From positions 213,964,001 to 214,028,000 of the forward strand of contig NC_058368.1 in the NCBI RefSeq assembly GCF_018350175.1: DNA of 64,000 nt, given 5' to 3'. The notes below the pieces were generated by a model. The model ran no database searches and was not told the origin of the DNA. It saw nothing but the letters and a program-made list of their open reading frames with translations. Position 1 is the stretch's first letter; each line of letters starts with the position of its first letter. This DNA is from Felis catus. Its lineage: Eukaryota. The position numbers and the translations under genes were made by a program. Shown here piece after piece: positions 37,598-50,567 of this stretch.

Positions 37598-37905
37598 GAG
37601 AAGAATATTACTCAGCCATAAAAAAGAATGAAATCTTGCCATTTGCAATGATGTGGATGGAGCTAAAGAGTATAATGCTAAGCAAAATAAGTCAGAGAAA
37701 GACATTTACCATAAGATCTCACTTATATGTGGAATTTAAGAAACAAAACAAATGAGCAAAGGAAAAACAAAAAGATAAACTGAGAAACAGACTCTTAACT
37801 ATAGAGAACAAACTGATGGTTACCAGAGGAGGTGAGTAAAGGGATGGGTCAAATAGGTGATGAAGATTAAAGAGTACACTTAGCACGATGAACAAAATAA
37901 AAAAA
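37053..37905 (+). mobile_element. Carnivore L1 3' fragment (decayed ORF2 end plus 3' UTR) with an internal insertion and (CA)n
   Basis: Remnants ALFTIAKLWKQPKC..DEWIK and EYYSAIKKNEILPFA..WMELKSIMLS; TSD-like aaaa(t/a)atgttgc on both sides. Confidence 0.85.
37548..37595. repeat. (CA)n microsatellite inside L1
   Basis: About 24 CA units visible directly. Confidence 0.95.
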
Positions 37906-39411
37906 AATGTTGCATTAATAAATGTCTCCGCAGTCAGTGAGCATTTTCTGGAACACACTGAAGGAAGAGGTTTTTGCCTTGAATAGATGGTAGAGCTAGA
38001 ATTCCAGTCTGGAGTTTTTATTTTACAGGCTATTTTCTCTCACACCAAGGGATGGCAGAACCTGATCTCTGAGTAGGGTAGATGAAAGGAAATGGAGGCA
38101 GTTGAAATAATTTAGGTGTGAGGTGTTAAGTGGTTATACATCTAAGACATCTCAGGAGAAATCACAGTGTCACTGAGTGAAAAACAGGAGAAAGGGGAAA
38201 GAGGAATTAGAATTAAGTTCCTGAGAATTTCAAATATTGGAGACTAGAGTCGGTTAGAAGAGATAGCTGTTGATTGTTACTGTTGATATGATCAACATTA
38301 GTAGTAGCATCTTCTGTGTGCCAGCACTGGGCCTGTTGCTTTGAGGAGGAAAAAAGCATGAGAGAACGTGAGAAAGTTGTAAGAAGGGAGTGACATTCTG
38401 CGTAATTCATGCTACAGAGAATTCAAGGGAAAGGTTATTGGTTAAGAGAAGCTCTCTAAAGTGCCTTAAAACAGTTTGATATTTAAGCTTTTTTTTTAAA
38501 TATTGGCAACAAAACACAAACAAACCCAAAACCTCTTAAGTGTATTTTACTGGGATGCAAGTTGCCCAAAAAAACACTGAATATTTTATTTCACATGGAC
38601 ATCATGTGTGCCACAGTGATACTAAATTTTCCTATTCTTCTCTGCCCCGCCCCCCCCCCCCAGTTTTTAAAAAAGATTCTTCCCTCTTTTTAAAAATCTT
38701 TTGTTACTTGTTTGAAAAACCTAACATCAAGGCCAGAAAGTAGATTCAGTCAGAGGCTCCCTAGAGTCTAAAACTGAAGGAAAAACGCTTTAATCCTGAG
38801 GAAGTTCTAATTATAACTGCCTCTAGATTTAGCTCAGTGGATAAAATAATGTACTGGGCTTCTCCGTAAAATCCACTCATTTCCATATTTCAAGAGAACA
38901 TTTGTAGTGACCCACAGTAAAAGTGTGGTCTTATAGATCTGAGAGTTTAGGCACTAGATGTGGATGTTTTCCACTCCATCTTAAAGCAGCTCAAATGATA
39001 ATGAACGAGAGCCTAAAATAAAAGACATCTGAGATGAGTTTTAATTACAAAAGGCACAGCTGATACACATTTCTAGGGAATGATAAACTAAAAAATATGA
39101 TTAAAACAGCAGCTTAATCCCATGTATTAGGTTAAGCAAATGTGTAACTGACTTTTAAAAGGTATCTTTGACTTCTGGGGGTGGAGGTGGCTCTTTTCCT
39201 CCCCAGCTTAATAGGCTAATTAGAGTCACTACAGGCGGTTTGAGTGGTGAATACACTTTAAAAAAATTAGTTTGCTAGCACTATTGAATTTGCAATAAGT
39301 GGAGTCAGCATCTGAAATAGTTCACTATTTCAAATAATGGCATTTTATTTAGTACTACAGAGTATGTTAAATGGCTCCCTCGAGCATTAAAGGCATCACT
39401 CTGTTTTCCAG

Positions 39412-39456
39412 GACCTACGTGAAGTCTGGCTCAATTATCCTCTCCACCCACTCCAA
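39412..39456 (+). CDS. DROSHA: DROSHA exon I (45 nt, ~aa 1073-1087)
   Basis: tttccag|GACCTA...CTCCAA|gtaagt; DLREVWLNYPLHPLQ. Confidence 0.97.
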
Positions 39457-40438
39457 GTAAGTGTGACCTTCCTGTCTGAAGTGAGCTTTAGAAATCTGGG
39501 GGTTCATGTTATTTTAGCTTGCCTGTTTCCCCTCCTGCTTTTATAAACCTTTGATTCCCTTCAGTGACACTATGTCTTTAGGCTGGGTGTTAGGCAGAAT
39601 TGGAAAACTTTGGAACAAATATTAAAATGAACCCATTTGTGTTGCATTTGTGCTCTGGGATGGGGTGGGGAAAGCCCTGGGAGTTATCTTCCTTCAAGTC
39701 AGGAGGATCTCCTTGTGTGATTGTGGTTTGGTGCCCTCTCTGCCCCAAAAAAAGTGATATTCAAAGCTTAATGTGTTGATTGCAGTGTATCTTCCTGCAT
39801 GCTATTGTAGAGAAAGTAATATGGAGTCAAGTCTGGGCTTAGTAAAAAGAACAAATACTAAATGAACATTGCTAAATTGTAACCTACTTTGGATCTTGGA
39901 AATTGAAGGCTTTGACTCAAATTGCATAAAACATTGTAAATTAAAATTTTAGTACAATGTGATGACTTTTTGCTCAAGATTTTGGTATTTAAAAGATGTA
40001 TGTATGGTAACCCTCTTTTTCCCAGTTTAAAAATTCTTTGTACTTGCTTGTATTTCTGTTTTACTTGGAGATATACAAATGTATGTATACATGTATATAT
40101 ATACCTACATACTTTTATATATGCATGTGTGTATATGTACATTATACATATATAAGAATAATCACTAGTGGCTGAACTTTCATGAGAGGCTTTAATGGCA
40201 TTAATTCAAAGAACTTTAGAAACATTACTATGAAATTGTCCAAAGTTGTTGAAAATGTTCACTTTAATTATGCTTTTCGTGTTTGCTCTCTGCCAATTGT
40301 TAAAGGCTCATTATTATGTGGAGCCACCTGCCTAGTGGTATGATAATCTCCAGTGTAAGCTGAATCTAGTTTTAGTGGTGTTCATTTACCAAAATAGGTG
40401 GTCCCTAGAAGACACACAGAGGTCATGTTCCTTTAGTA

Positions 40439-40631
40439 CAGTGGTTCTCAGAGGGCAGTTCCCAGACCAGCAGCACCTGTGTCTCTTTCTCCTGGGAAGT
40501 TGCTTGACAGGCAGACTCTCAGTCTTTTCTCCAGACGTACTGAATCAGAAACTCGGGTGGTAGAGCTCAGCCATCTGGATGTAATAAGCCCTGCAAGAGC
40601 TCCAATGAACACGAGAGTTTGAGAAGCACTG
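40439..40631. mobile_element. MER5A-like hAT-Charlie MITE
   Basis: Terminal inverted repeats cagtggttctca / tgagaagcactg; internal gaccagcagca...tactgaatcagaaact; ~190 bp. Confidence 0.85.
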
Positions 40632-40962
40632 CGTTACTAGATATACATATTCTCCACCAGCAGTCCTTCCCTTTGCCTCTTCCTTGGGGAGTTAGTATAA
40701 TACTTGGGATTTTGAACTATCTGTGTACAGTACTTGGCCTTGAAATTTGATAGAAGATTGGAAAATATTTTTTGAGCCCTCTTTAAATATTAGGTTTGTT
40801 TGCCATTCTAAGGGTTGAGAAAGAAGCTTCCATGTTTTATTGGCATTTCAGAAATTTCTGCCCATAGGAGAAGGAATTTTATAAAACACTATCCTAGAAT
40901 TGATAATTACTTTTGTAACCAAACACTGCACATAGTTTTGTATTTATTTTCTTCTCATGCAG

Positions 40963-41120
40963 CTACAAGAGCCAAACACTGATCGACAACTTATTGAGAC
41001 TTCTCCAGTTCTACAGAAACTTACTGAGTTTGAAGAAGCAATTGGAGTAATTTTTACTCATGTTCGACTTCTGGCAAGAGCATTCACATTGAGAACTGTG
41101 GGATTTAACCATCTGACCCT
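40963..41120 (+). CDS. DROSHA: DROSHA exon J (158 nt, ~aa 1088-1140)
   Basis: catgcag|CTACAA...ACCCT|gtaagt; LQEPNTDRQLIETSPVLQKLTEFEEAIGVIFTHVRLLARAFTLRTVGFNHLT(L). Confidence 0.98.
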
Positions 41121-41341
41121 GTAAGTTAGAATTGCTCGTGTAATCCCAGTGTGACCATTTAGACAGGAAGTCCCAAACCTTTGCTGCATGCCTTTCAAAG
41201 GAATTGGGATTTCAAACATATTTCCAGGAAGGTCACATCAGGAGATGGTGAGTAGCCAGACACTGGGATATGTTCCAATACAATATTTTTGGTTTCGTTG
41301 TTGTGCATCTTATTTCTTCGTAGAGTAGAAGAGAAGCGTGA

Positions 41342-41548
41342 AGGAAGTAAAAATTTTATCTGTAAAGGGATAGATATTAAGTATTTTAGGCTTTGCAGGC
41401 CATGTGGTCTCTGTTTCAGTGATTCAACTCTGCTCTAGTAGCATAAAAGCAGCCATAGAGAAAATGTAAATGAATGAGCGTGGCTGTGTCCCAATTAAAT
41501 TTGCAAAAACAGACCAAGGGCTGAAATTGGCCCTCCACCCTGGCTCTA
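41342..41548. mobile_element. MER58A-like DNA transposon
   Basis: tctgtaaaggg...tattttaggctttgcaggccatgtggtctctg...aatgaatgagcgtggctgtgtcccaat. Confidence 0.8.
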
Positions 41549-42137
41549 GATGAGTGATTTGGAGATGAGCTAATGTAATAATTAGGAAAATAACCAAAAT
41601 GTTATTTTTTTTGCATGTTTTTCATTCTGTTTTTGGCTTCTCTCCCCCAAATCAAATATTCACAGCTATCTTTAAAGTGTAAAGATTTAAGATTCTTGTC
41701 ACAGATATTTTTTTTAGTGTCCTTAAGCTGGATTCCAGATAGAGTATATATTTCAATAAAGAAGTAAAGATTTAACAAAAATCTTTTCTGGACCTTTTTG
41801 CTTTATTTCATCTGAATAGGGGTTCTCTGTGCAGATAACAATCTGTACTATATTTTTCAGTTGATATTCCTTAACCTCTGACCAGACACCATTTACCAAT
41901 CTTTATTTTAGCAGTTTTGTAATCCTAAGATGGTGCTCACTTTCTTCTTCAAGACCCAATCTATATTGACTCAGATCTCTCCTCAATTGAGAGGCCTTAG
42001 GGACTTGTATTTAATTTTGTGCTTTAAAGCAAGGTGAATACATTGCCTTTTAAAATCATGTCTTTTTAAAAATTCTGTTTCTTTTTTTAATAATACAAAT
42101 GCCTATTGATCTCTTCTGCATTGATGTTTTTTTCCAG

Positions 42138-42243
42138 AGGCCACAATCAGAGGATGGAATTCCTAGGTGATTCCATAATGCAGCTGGTAGCCACTGAGTA
42201 CTTGTTTATTCATTTCCCAGATCATCATGAAGGACACTTAACT
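42138..42243 (+). CDS. DROSHA: DROSHA exon K (106 nt, ~aa 1140-1175), RIIIDb signature
   Basis: tttccag|AGGC...TTAACT|gtgagt; GHNQRMEFLGDSIMQLVATEYLFIHFPDHHEGHLT; E1147 codon at 42157-42159, D1151 at 42169-42171. Confidence 0.98.
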
Positions 42244-42576
42244 GTGAGTTTGTGTTAAATCATTCCCTCCAGTAAGATTGCTATATAATAAAGTGAAGAT
42301 TGGAAGAGCCAGATATATATTTCTGTAATTGATTACTTAATTCTTGGTGACGTTAGCATAGTATATGGCTTTGTTCATTTCGTTATGCAAATTGTATACA
42401 AAGCAGTTTACGAGAAGAACTCATTTTATACGTCTTCATTAATGGTTACCTACTCTGTGCAAGACATTGAGGTAGGCTTCATGGGAAGAGCAAATATTAG
42501 TTTACACCAATCTATCCATAAGGAGTTTAAAAACTATTAGCAGCAATGAAAAATGTAAGGCAATAACTGCAAATTG

Positions 42577-42582
<6 letters not shown>

Positions 42583-42636
<54 letters not shown>
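42583..42636. repeat. (TG)27 microsatellite
   Basis: Perfect TG run visible directly. Confidence 0.97.
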
Positions 42637-42640
<4 letters not shown>

Positions 42641-43602
42641 CGTGGTGTATATGTGTGTTATATGTGTATGCATACCCATACATGTGCACTATGAAAAATA
42701 GAAGTAAGTAATTGTAACTAAATGCAGGAAAGAACCATATGGAATATTATGAAGAGCATAGGTAAACTGCTGCACTTGTGCTGTTTAGGAAAAGATAAGC
42801 TTTATTGTATCTGTGATTTCTAAGAAGGCTTCGTGGATATGATGATCTTTGAGCCTTTAAATACGAATAGGATTGGGCCATTAGGAGTTAGTGGGAAGAA
42901 ATTTCTGTGCAAAGACACACCACAACATGGGCGTACTGAAATAAGGGCACAACCTGAAAAACCAGAAGACAGAGACACAGTAGGGAATGAGTTTGGCTGG
43001 ATCCAGGGTGGAGTTGAAAGGGACGTAGGCAAGGTTTGATTTAATGAACAAAGTGAAACAGCCCCCATTTCTCTCATTTTTATTTTATTTTATAAAATTG
43101 TATTGAGCTTTTTTATTTGTTGCGTACTGTTTTTACTCCATGAAACTGATCAATAATATATCTGGAATGGTGAACAAAGCATATCTGGAAGCCCCTCTAG
43201 AGTTGGGCATTGAGAAAACAAATACATTCCTGGGCCAAGAAAAACAGTAGTATGCTCTAAGATATTTTGTTAGTGTAGATTTTCTTCTTTATTATATTGA
43301 AGAAATAATAAGTCTTTCATAGTTTGCATCTCAACAATTTTTATGCATGTTTTGCTTTGAATAGAATTGGATCTTATCTTTGCAACTGTGAACACTGGAA
43401 ATAGTTTATGTGAGACACAAATATTGGAATTAGGGAGAATATGGTGATTTAACTGTGTTTAGATATAATTTCTCAGTGAAATTTCTAAGCCTAACAAAAT
43501 GTGGTCTTTTATTCACTCACTCAGTGAGCATTGTGTTCTTACTATGCCCCATGTACTATTATATGGGAAATTAGCAATACACTTCTTTTAAATTTAACTT
43601 AA

Positions 43603-43820
43603 GGGGCTCTTGGGTTGCTTACTTGGTTAAGCATCTGACTCTTGGTTTTGGCTCAGGTCATCAGCTAATGGTTTGTGAGTTTGAGCCCTGCATCAGGCTC
43701 TCTGCTATCAATGCAGAGCCCACTTCTGAGCTTCTGTCTCCCTCTCTCTGCCCCTCCCCCACTCATGCTTGCTCGCTCACTCTCTCTCTCAAAATAAATA
43801 AATAAACATATAAAAAATAA
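43603..43820 (+). mobile_element. Can-SINE
   Basis: ggggctcttgggt head; ggctcaggtcat; (AAAT)n tail. Confidence 0.9.
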
Positions 43821-44579
43821 CAGTCTGATGACCATTTGAAGTTAACTACTTTTGGATGGACAAGGAAGTATTTTCCTCTTGAATTAATATTAAATTCTGA
43901 AGAACATAGGAGTATTTACCAGAAATAAACTAGTGTCTAGTATCTTGTTCTACATTAGGGAATCAATAACTGCTTGTTCAGTGTCTTCCATTAGGGAATA
44001 GACTTTATAGCTGTCAGAGTATCTGGTCGGTCTGAGAAATTACCAAACCAAGCCAAATGGCTTGAAGTAGTAATTCATTTTTTGGCCACATAGAGGCCAA
44101 AATGTAGAAAATGTATGACTTCAACACACTCATTTACCCTTGTATTCCTGCAGAATTAACTGTGAACTCTTGGGTTTTGTGGCGGTGGGATGCTATAGAC
44201 AAGTTTACTGCTTCCTATCTTGGTCATTGCACACATGTACACATTGAACATATAATAAAACCAAAACTCAGAAAGGCACAAGTCCTGCCCAAGGTCTAGA
44301 GAAGGTAAAACCAGAACTAAAGACTCCAGTTTTATGTTCTTTCCCGAAGTGCTTCAGTGCCATAACTATAGTTTTATCTAAAGTGTGTTTATCAGCCTTG
44401 CTGTCTTAAAATTAGAGAATTTTTGAATAGCTTATTAGAAAGATGTTAAATGACAAAATTATGATATGACGGTTTTATTAACTATATTCACAGAAAGCTT
44501 TGGTAGAAATCGATAGGACTGACAGATCTGCTGGCAAAACAAAGATGATCTGTCATCAGTTGAGTACATATTTTAAAAG

Positions 44580-47370
44580 ATATTAACTCTCATCGGTGCT
44601 GCTGCAGTTGCTCCCCCCCCTCCCCCCCACCTGCTTGAAACACTGCCCTTCGCTGGCTTCTGTGACACTGCACTTCCTGGTTTTCCTCTCATCTCCATAG
44701 CCATATTCTGTTAGCCTCCTGTGCAGCTGATGGATATTCCAGCAACTGAAAGGCTCTCTCCCAGGCCCTGTCTCTTCTCATGAGAGCCTCTCCCAGACAG
44801 TCTTTTCTGTGTCCACACCATCAGGTCCCCTCTAGGGGCAGTGATGCCCACAGGGACCTCTTCAGTCCTATTTTTTTTTTTTTTTTTTTTGTCTAAGCTG
44901 TTGTGGCTGCCCTCTCAGTGTCTCCACATGTCCAAGACAGAATGTATGGTCTTCTTGCACCTGGGTCCTCTTCTAGTATTTGCTGAGTAACTGAATGGCA
45001 GCATCAGCCAGCTGGTGTTGCAAGTCAGGAATCTAGGGATCATCTTTGATTCCTCCCTCCACCCATTTCCTATATTCTAGACCAATCACGAGTCCTGATG
45101 TCGTTACTTCCTGAGTAGCCACCTCGTCCTCATCACTTAAATTCTCTCAACCAGCCTGTCACCTGGACCACTGTAGCAACTTCTGCATCACTAGCAAAAT
45201 GGTACAGGAATATGCTTGACAAAGAAACCCCATTAGAAGAGGTGGCATTTATTAAATTGCAAAGGATACAATCTTTTTTTTTTTTTTAACATTTATTCAT
45301 TTTTGAGAGACAAAGCATGAGCGGGGGAGGAGCAGAAAGAGGGGGAGACAGAATCCAAAGCAGGCTCCGAGCTCCCAGCTGCCAGCACAGAGCCCAGTGT
45401 GGGGCTCCAACCCACGAACCGTGAGGTCATGACCTGAGTCGAAGTCAGACACCTAACTGACTGAGCCACCCAGGTGCCCCACAAAGGATATGATCTTAAG
45501 GGTGTGTTTATACCAAGCACTAGGCAGTGCAGTGTGTACAGATTTCCCCGAGATGTTCGCAGCTGTCTGCAGAACTGGCCTTTGCAGCTGTGTGCTCCCC
45601 CACGGTGCGTGTCGTCTCAGCGGAAATCCTTCAGTCGGCCCAGGTTTCAGGCCTGTTGACAGTGTCATAGCTTCCTCATCCTGTATCCTTCCTGTATGCA
45701 CTCCTGCCCCCACTCAGTGATGCATTCTCATGCTGTAGCGGTGGCTGGCGTCTTTTCACAGCAGACCTCCTGTGACTGTGCTCGCTGTTCACCTTCAGTT
45801 CACTTTGGTCATTTCTGTTATCTCCCCAGCCTCTAAATGTTGGAGTGCCCCTGTTCAGACCTCCTCTCTTTTCTCTTGGTTTCTTTTCTGAGTAATCTCA
45901 TAGCTTTGAATACTTCTGCCTGTACCTCTCCCCCTAACTCCACTCAGGTCTTTTGTATCTCCAAGTACACTTGACTACCTAGATGTAAAGATATACTGGA
46001 ATCCCTAGTTGGATTTCTCTTAGGCCATCTCCATGGCCAAAACAAAACTGATTTTTCACCCCAAAACCTGCTTTTCTCTAGCTGTGCTCCATATCAGTAA
46101 GGACTCTTTCATTCTGTATTTGCTCAGGGGGAAAACCTTGAAGTCATCCATAACTGTCCTCTTTTCTTCATGCTATACCTATTAGCCACTAGCGTCCTGT
46201 TGATTTTACTTTAAATTTTTGTCCAGAACGTGACTACTTTTTACCAGCTCCACTGTTAACTCCCTGGTCCAGGCTACTATTATCTTTTCCCTAAATTATA
46301 ACCATAGCTTCCCAACTGGTCCATCCCCCCTCTCGCCCCCCCACCCTCCCGCCTCCCAGCCCTCGGTCTGTGTTTAGCACATCGTCTACAGGGACTGTTT
46401 TAAAAGGAAGTCAGATTACAACCTCCTTGGTGAAAAACCTTCCAAAGATTTCCTGTCTCAAGGGTAAAAGACATAGTTGTTACCTACAAGACCCTATGAC
46501 CTGCCTCTCTGATGCTGTCTCTGTCTCTCCTAGACTCTTCACATTGGCTTCTGTGCCATTCTGCAGGACACTAAGCAAACCTTTGCCTCAGGGTCTTTGC
46601 ACATGCTGTGGCTAAATCCCCCATCTCCTTCAGGTCTTGGTTCAAATGCTATCTTACTAGTGATGCCTTTAACTTATAGTGACCTCTTCCCCTTGTCCCT
46701 AGTCCCTGTCTCCCAGCCTGAAACCTCATTTCCATTTTCTCCTTGGCATTTTCTATGTATTTTACTTGTTTACTGTCTTCTCTCATCAGAGTATAAACTC
46801 CTTGAGGGCAAGAGTTTTTGTCTGTTTTCTTCATTCCTGATTCCCTGGGTCCTTGGGAGTTGGTATATCATTGTTCTGCAAATATGCTCAATGAATGATT
46901 GTCATATCCCAGTCCAGCGGTTTTTGTTTATTCTTTGGATAGTAACTAAAGAGTAAGCAAGGCCCAGGGTGCCTGCCCAGCTGTCCACCTCATATCACAT
47001 ATTCTTCTTTTCATTGTGCACCTCTACGCTGGCCTGTTTTGTGTTCCTCCAAGCCCCCTCCTGCCATCAGGCTTTGCATGTACTGTTCTTGTTCTGGAGA
47101 ATATTCTGCTTCCAGCCCTTATTCCCATCTGCGTGGTCTCTCCTACTCTTCCCTTAGATGTCAGTTCTGGCTTGACTTCTGGATGCAAGGAGAGCCTTCC
47201 TGGATGCCCTCCTGCCCACTCAGAATTCCACGTTCTTTTCTTTCCTGGCACTTTTTTTCAGTTTGCCTGTCTCACTAGCCTGGAAGTTCTGGGAGAGCAT
47301 GTTTTTATTTATCACTGTGTGCCCAAGCCATACGGTAGGCTTTCCATACATATTTGATGAGTAAATAAAA
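44580..47370 (+). mobile_element. Cluster of L2-like relics (boundaries approximate)
   Basis: cttgaaacact...ggcttctgtgacact..., cctcagggtctttgcacatgctg, gagtataaactccttgagggcaagag...tgctcaatgaatga; L2 body and 3'-end motifs. Confidence 0.6.
45274..45480 (-). mobile_element. Can-SINE
   Basis: TSD caaaggata(ca/tg)atctt; ends cccaggtgcccc. Confidence 0.93.
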
Positions 47371-48824
47371 GAGTTTTGTGGGCAGCTAAGTTGTACAGAG
47401 AGGGAAGTAGCAGTGGCACTGGAGGGATAAGTGGCATGTTGTCTTATGTGTAAAGAAGGAGGCTGAAAACTTATTTATGAATGTCTAAAGATTAAAATTC
47501 ATTTAAAATTTTGTTGAAGATTACTTGCTACAGTTGCATTTGTATGAGGGAAATAGCAAATTATTCATTATTGGATTAAAGAACATACAACTACATTAAT
47601 TTACACTGGGAGGCATTCATTAGCTTTGAACCATTTCTTTGTACACTTGTTTTACAGAGAAGAAGGACAGCTGAGCAAATGAAATGGGAAGTTTTGGATG
47701 CTGATGGGGAAAAACATAGTGTTGTAGGAGTTGGATATTCAAAAAGTCCTGCGTGGGAAGGAATATCAGGCATATATAGTTGCACTAGGATGACTGAGGT
47801 TCATTTCATAGACTGAAGTATTTGTTTTTCAGGGTAGGGATTAGGTAAGTAGTGAGAGGGTAACAAAGAGCGTTAACTCAGACCAGATGCCTGTCTTGTC
47901 ACACTTGCAAGTTTCAAACCTGCATGTTGTTCTTCCCTCTAGATCATTCCTCCCTCTTAGCCTTTCCTCTGTGCTCCTGAGCTAAAAATAGTTGTTAACC
48001 CCATACCTACTATGCGCAAGGTACTGTGCTCATTTGTGTGCGTCAGTGAGGTGAATGTGCAGAAAATTCTGTTTGCTTTTAGAGGAGTGCTTTGCAATAA
48101 TGAGAAAGCAAGGATTACAAATAAAAAGTTTGAGAAACAGTGATCTCATCCCTCTCTGCTGCCTCCAGACAGCACTAAACATAAATCATTTGGACAAACA
48201 CGGATCTTATGTACAAGATCTCTTTGAGAGGATAGATTCCACAGCCTCCTATTTGAGAATTTCTCTGTCACTGACATAATTTGCCTCTTTGTATCTGACC
48301 TGCATTTTGCCTGCTAGCATTTGTGTACCTTTTCTTTAGTTATCATAGGAAATGGAGACCATCTGGCTACTACTCTTGGTATAATAGACCTGTGTGGCAC
48401 ATCACTGTCACTGTTAATAATATATTCTGCGTTCACCCCATGCTCTTATATTAAAGCCCGTAAAATAATAAATCACAGTCTACTTATTTTACACTAGGTG
48501 GCCCTCTTTGGTTGCTCATGTCCCACAGCTGTCGCTTCCTCTTTAGAATCGAGAGTGAATAGAGAAGTTGAAGGAAGAATGCCAATATGTTTCTTTGTTT
48601 GTTTTAAAGCAGTAAACCTTTTTCCTATTAAAAGTTAAGTTTAATTATGAAAGACTGCTGTGCTGAGATAATAAAAAACATCCTGGATTCTCAAAATCAG
48701 AATTCAAGGTGTGTGATATTTATACTGGGCCTGCCATTGCATCAGGAGCTCAGCCATCTTCTCAGCTTCACAGAGAGTCCTAACTCCATCTTCATTTTTT
48801 CTCTTGATCTCAAGTATAATTTGT

Positions 48825-49037
48825 GGGGCACCTGGGTGGCTCAGTTGGTTGGTTAAGCATTTGACTCTTGATCTTGGCTCAGGTCATGATGTGTGGTTTG
48901 TGAGTTCGAGCCCCAAGTCAGGCTCTGTGATGACAGCGTGGAGCCTGCCTGGGATTCTCTCTCCCTCTGCCCCTCCCCTGCTGGCTTACAGGTGCACACA
49001 CACTCGTTCTCTCTCAAGATAAAACTTAAAAATTTTT
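48825..49037 (+). mobile_element. Can-SINE
   Basis: ggggcacctgggtggctcag head; TSD-like tcaagta(t/a)aattt. Confidence 0.92.
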
Positions 49038-49400
49038 TTCAAGTAAAATTTTGTCTTTTGTGGGTGGGGTTTAAAGAAATAGTTTTTAAGGGCAGCCTAC
49101 CACTTGCTAAAATGGAAAGCTTTGAAGACAATAAGTAGACAGGTATCTAGAACATCTGTGTTGAAGAAAAATCCAGAGGAATTTCTAGAACCTTAAAGAA
49201 CCCTTTTCTTGTAACCAAAGAGTGAGCTTATCTTTCCTAATAATGATGATGCTACTGTGGGTAACAATAGCGGCTAACACAAATTTCTTGTGTGTTTATT
49301 GCCACATTATTGTGGCACACAACATTATTGTGTGTTTATTGCCAGCCATTGCACTGTGATTCATTACAAGCCTGTGCAGTAGGTACTACTTGCTCCATTT

Positions 49401-49605
49401 AATTTTTTTTTTTTTTAACGTTTATTCATTTTTGAGAGAGCATGAGCAGGGAAGGGGCAGAGACAGGGAGACACAGAATCCGAAGCAGGCTCCAGGCTCC
49501 GAGCTGTCAGCACAGAGCCCGACGCAGGGCTCGAACTCACGAGCCGTGAGATCATGACCTGAGCTGAAGTTGGACGCCCAACCGACTGAGCCACCCAGGT
49601 GCCTG
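49401..49605 (-). mobile_element. Can-SINE inserted in a MIR
   Basis: TSD cttgctccattt at 49389-49400 and 49606-49617; the MIR core continues tatagatgaggaaacaaactcagagag. Confidence 0.93.
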
Positions 49606-50206
49606 CTTGCTCCATTTTATAGATGAGGAAACAAACTCAGAGAGATGTAGTAACTTACACAGGGTCACTGAGCCAGGAAGTGGTAGGGCCACAGTTGGAA
49701 CCCAGGAAGCTTGCTGCCAAATGTTTTGCTTTTCACTACCACATCTAATGCAAGGCATTGTTCACAAAACACTCTAATAACTGTCTCATGCTTAATTGGG
49801 TATTTAATATAATTTTCTAGCATTCTACTAAAAAATGAAAAGCAGATATTTCCTCTTTGTAAAATAATGATCTATAGCATCGATGTCGTCAGGTTTTCCA
49901 ACCTCGTATCTTGCCCCATTCAAATCTGTTCATCAGAACAGTCTTTCTAAAATCAAAAAATTACCTTGCCCCTGTTCCCATTTGACACTTTTTGGGATTC
50001 CTCCTCCCCTACAGGAAAGTACAGATTTCCTTATATGACCTGCAAGACTTCCCCAGAGACCAGCTGGCCTCGCCTGCATCAGTGCTTCCCGACTCCGCTC
50101 TGGAAGCTCTGACCTCTCCTCCAGTCCCACCCAGTGATCACCTTGCTGTGTCATGGTGCCTTGTTTTGCCAAAGCTGTTCCCTCTTCCTGGAAAACCCTT
50201 TCCCAG

Positions 50207-50567
50207 CGTCTCAATCTGTTCAGGCTGCTACAACAAAATACCACAGACTAGTAGTATTTTGAACCACTTATGAACAATAGAAATCTATTGCTCACGGTTC
50301 TGGAGACTGGAAGTCCAAGATCAGAGTGCCAGCATGGTGAAGTGAGGGCCCTCTTCCAGGTCACAGACTCCTCCTTGTGTTCTCACAGGGGAGAAGGGGC
50401 TACAGGTCTCTCTGAGGCTTCTTTTATAAGCGCATTGATCCATCAGTGAGGGCTCCACCCTCATAACCTAATCACCTCACAGGCCCCACCTCCTAATGCC
50501 ATCATCTTTAGGGGTTAGGATTTCAACATAGGAATTTTTAGGGGGCACGGACATTCAGACCGTAGCA
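50207..50567 (-). mobile_element. MLT1A-like MaLR solo LTR
   Basis: ~360 bp; minus strand begins tgctacggtctgaatgt...cctatgttgaaatcctaacccc; contains ggttctggagactggaagtccaagatca; 5-bp TSD ccca(g/c). Confidence 0.88.
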
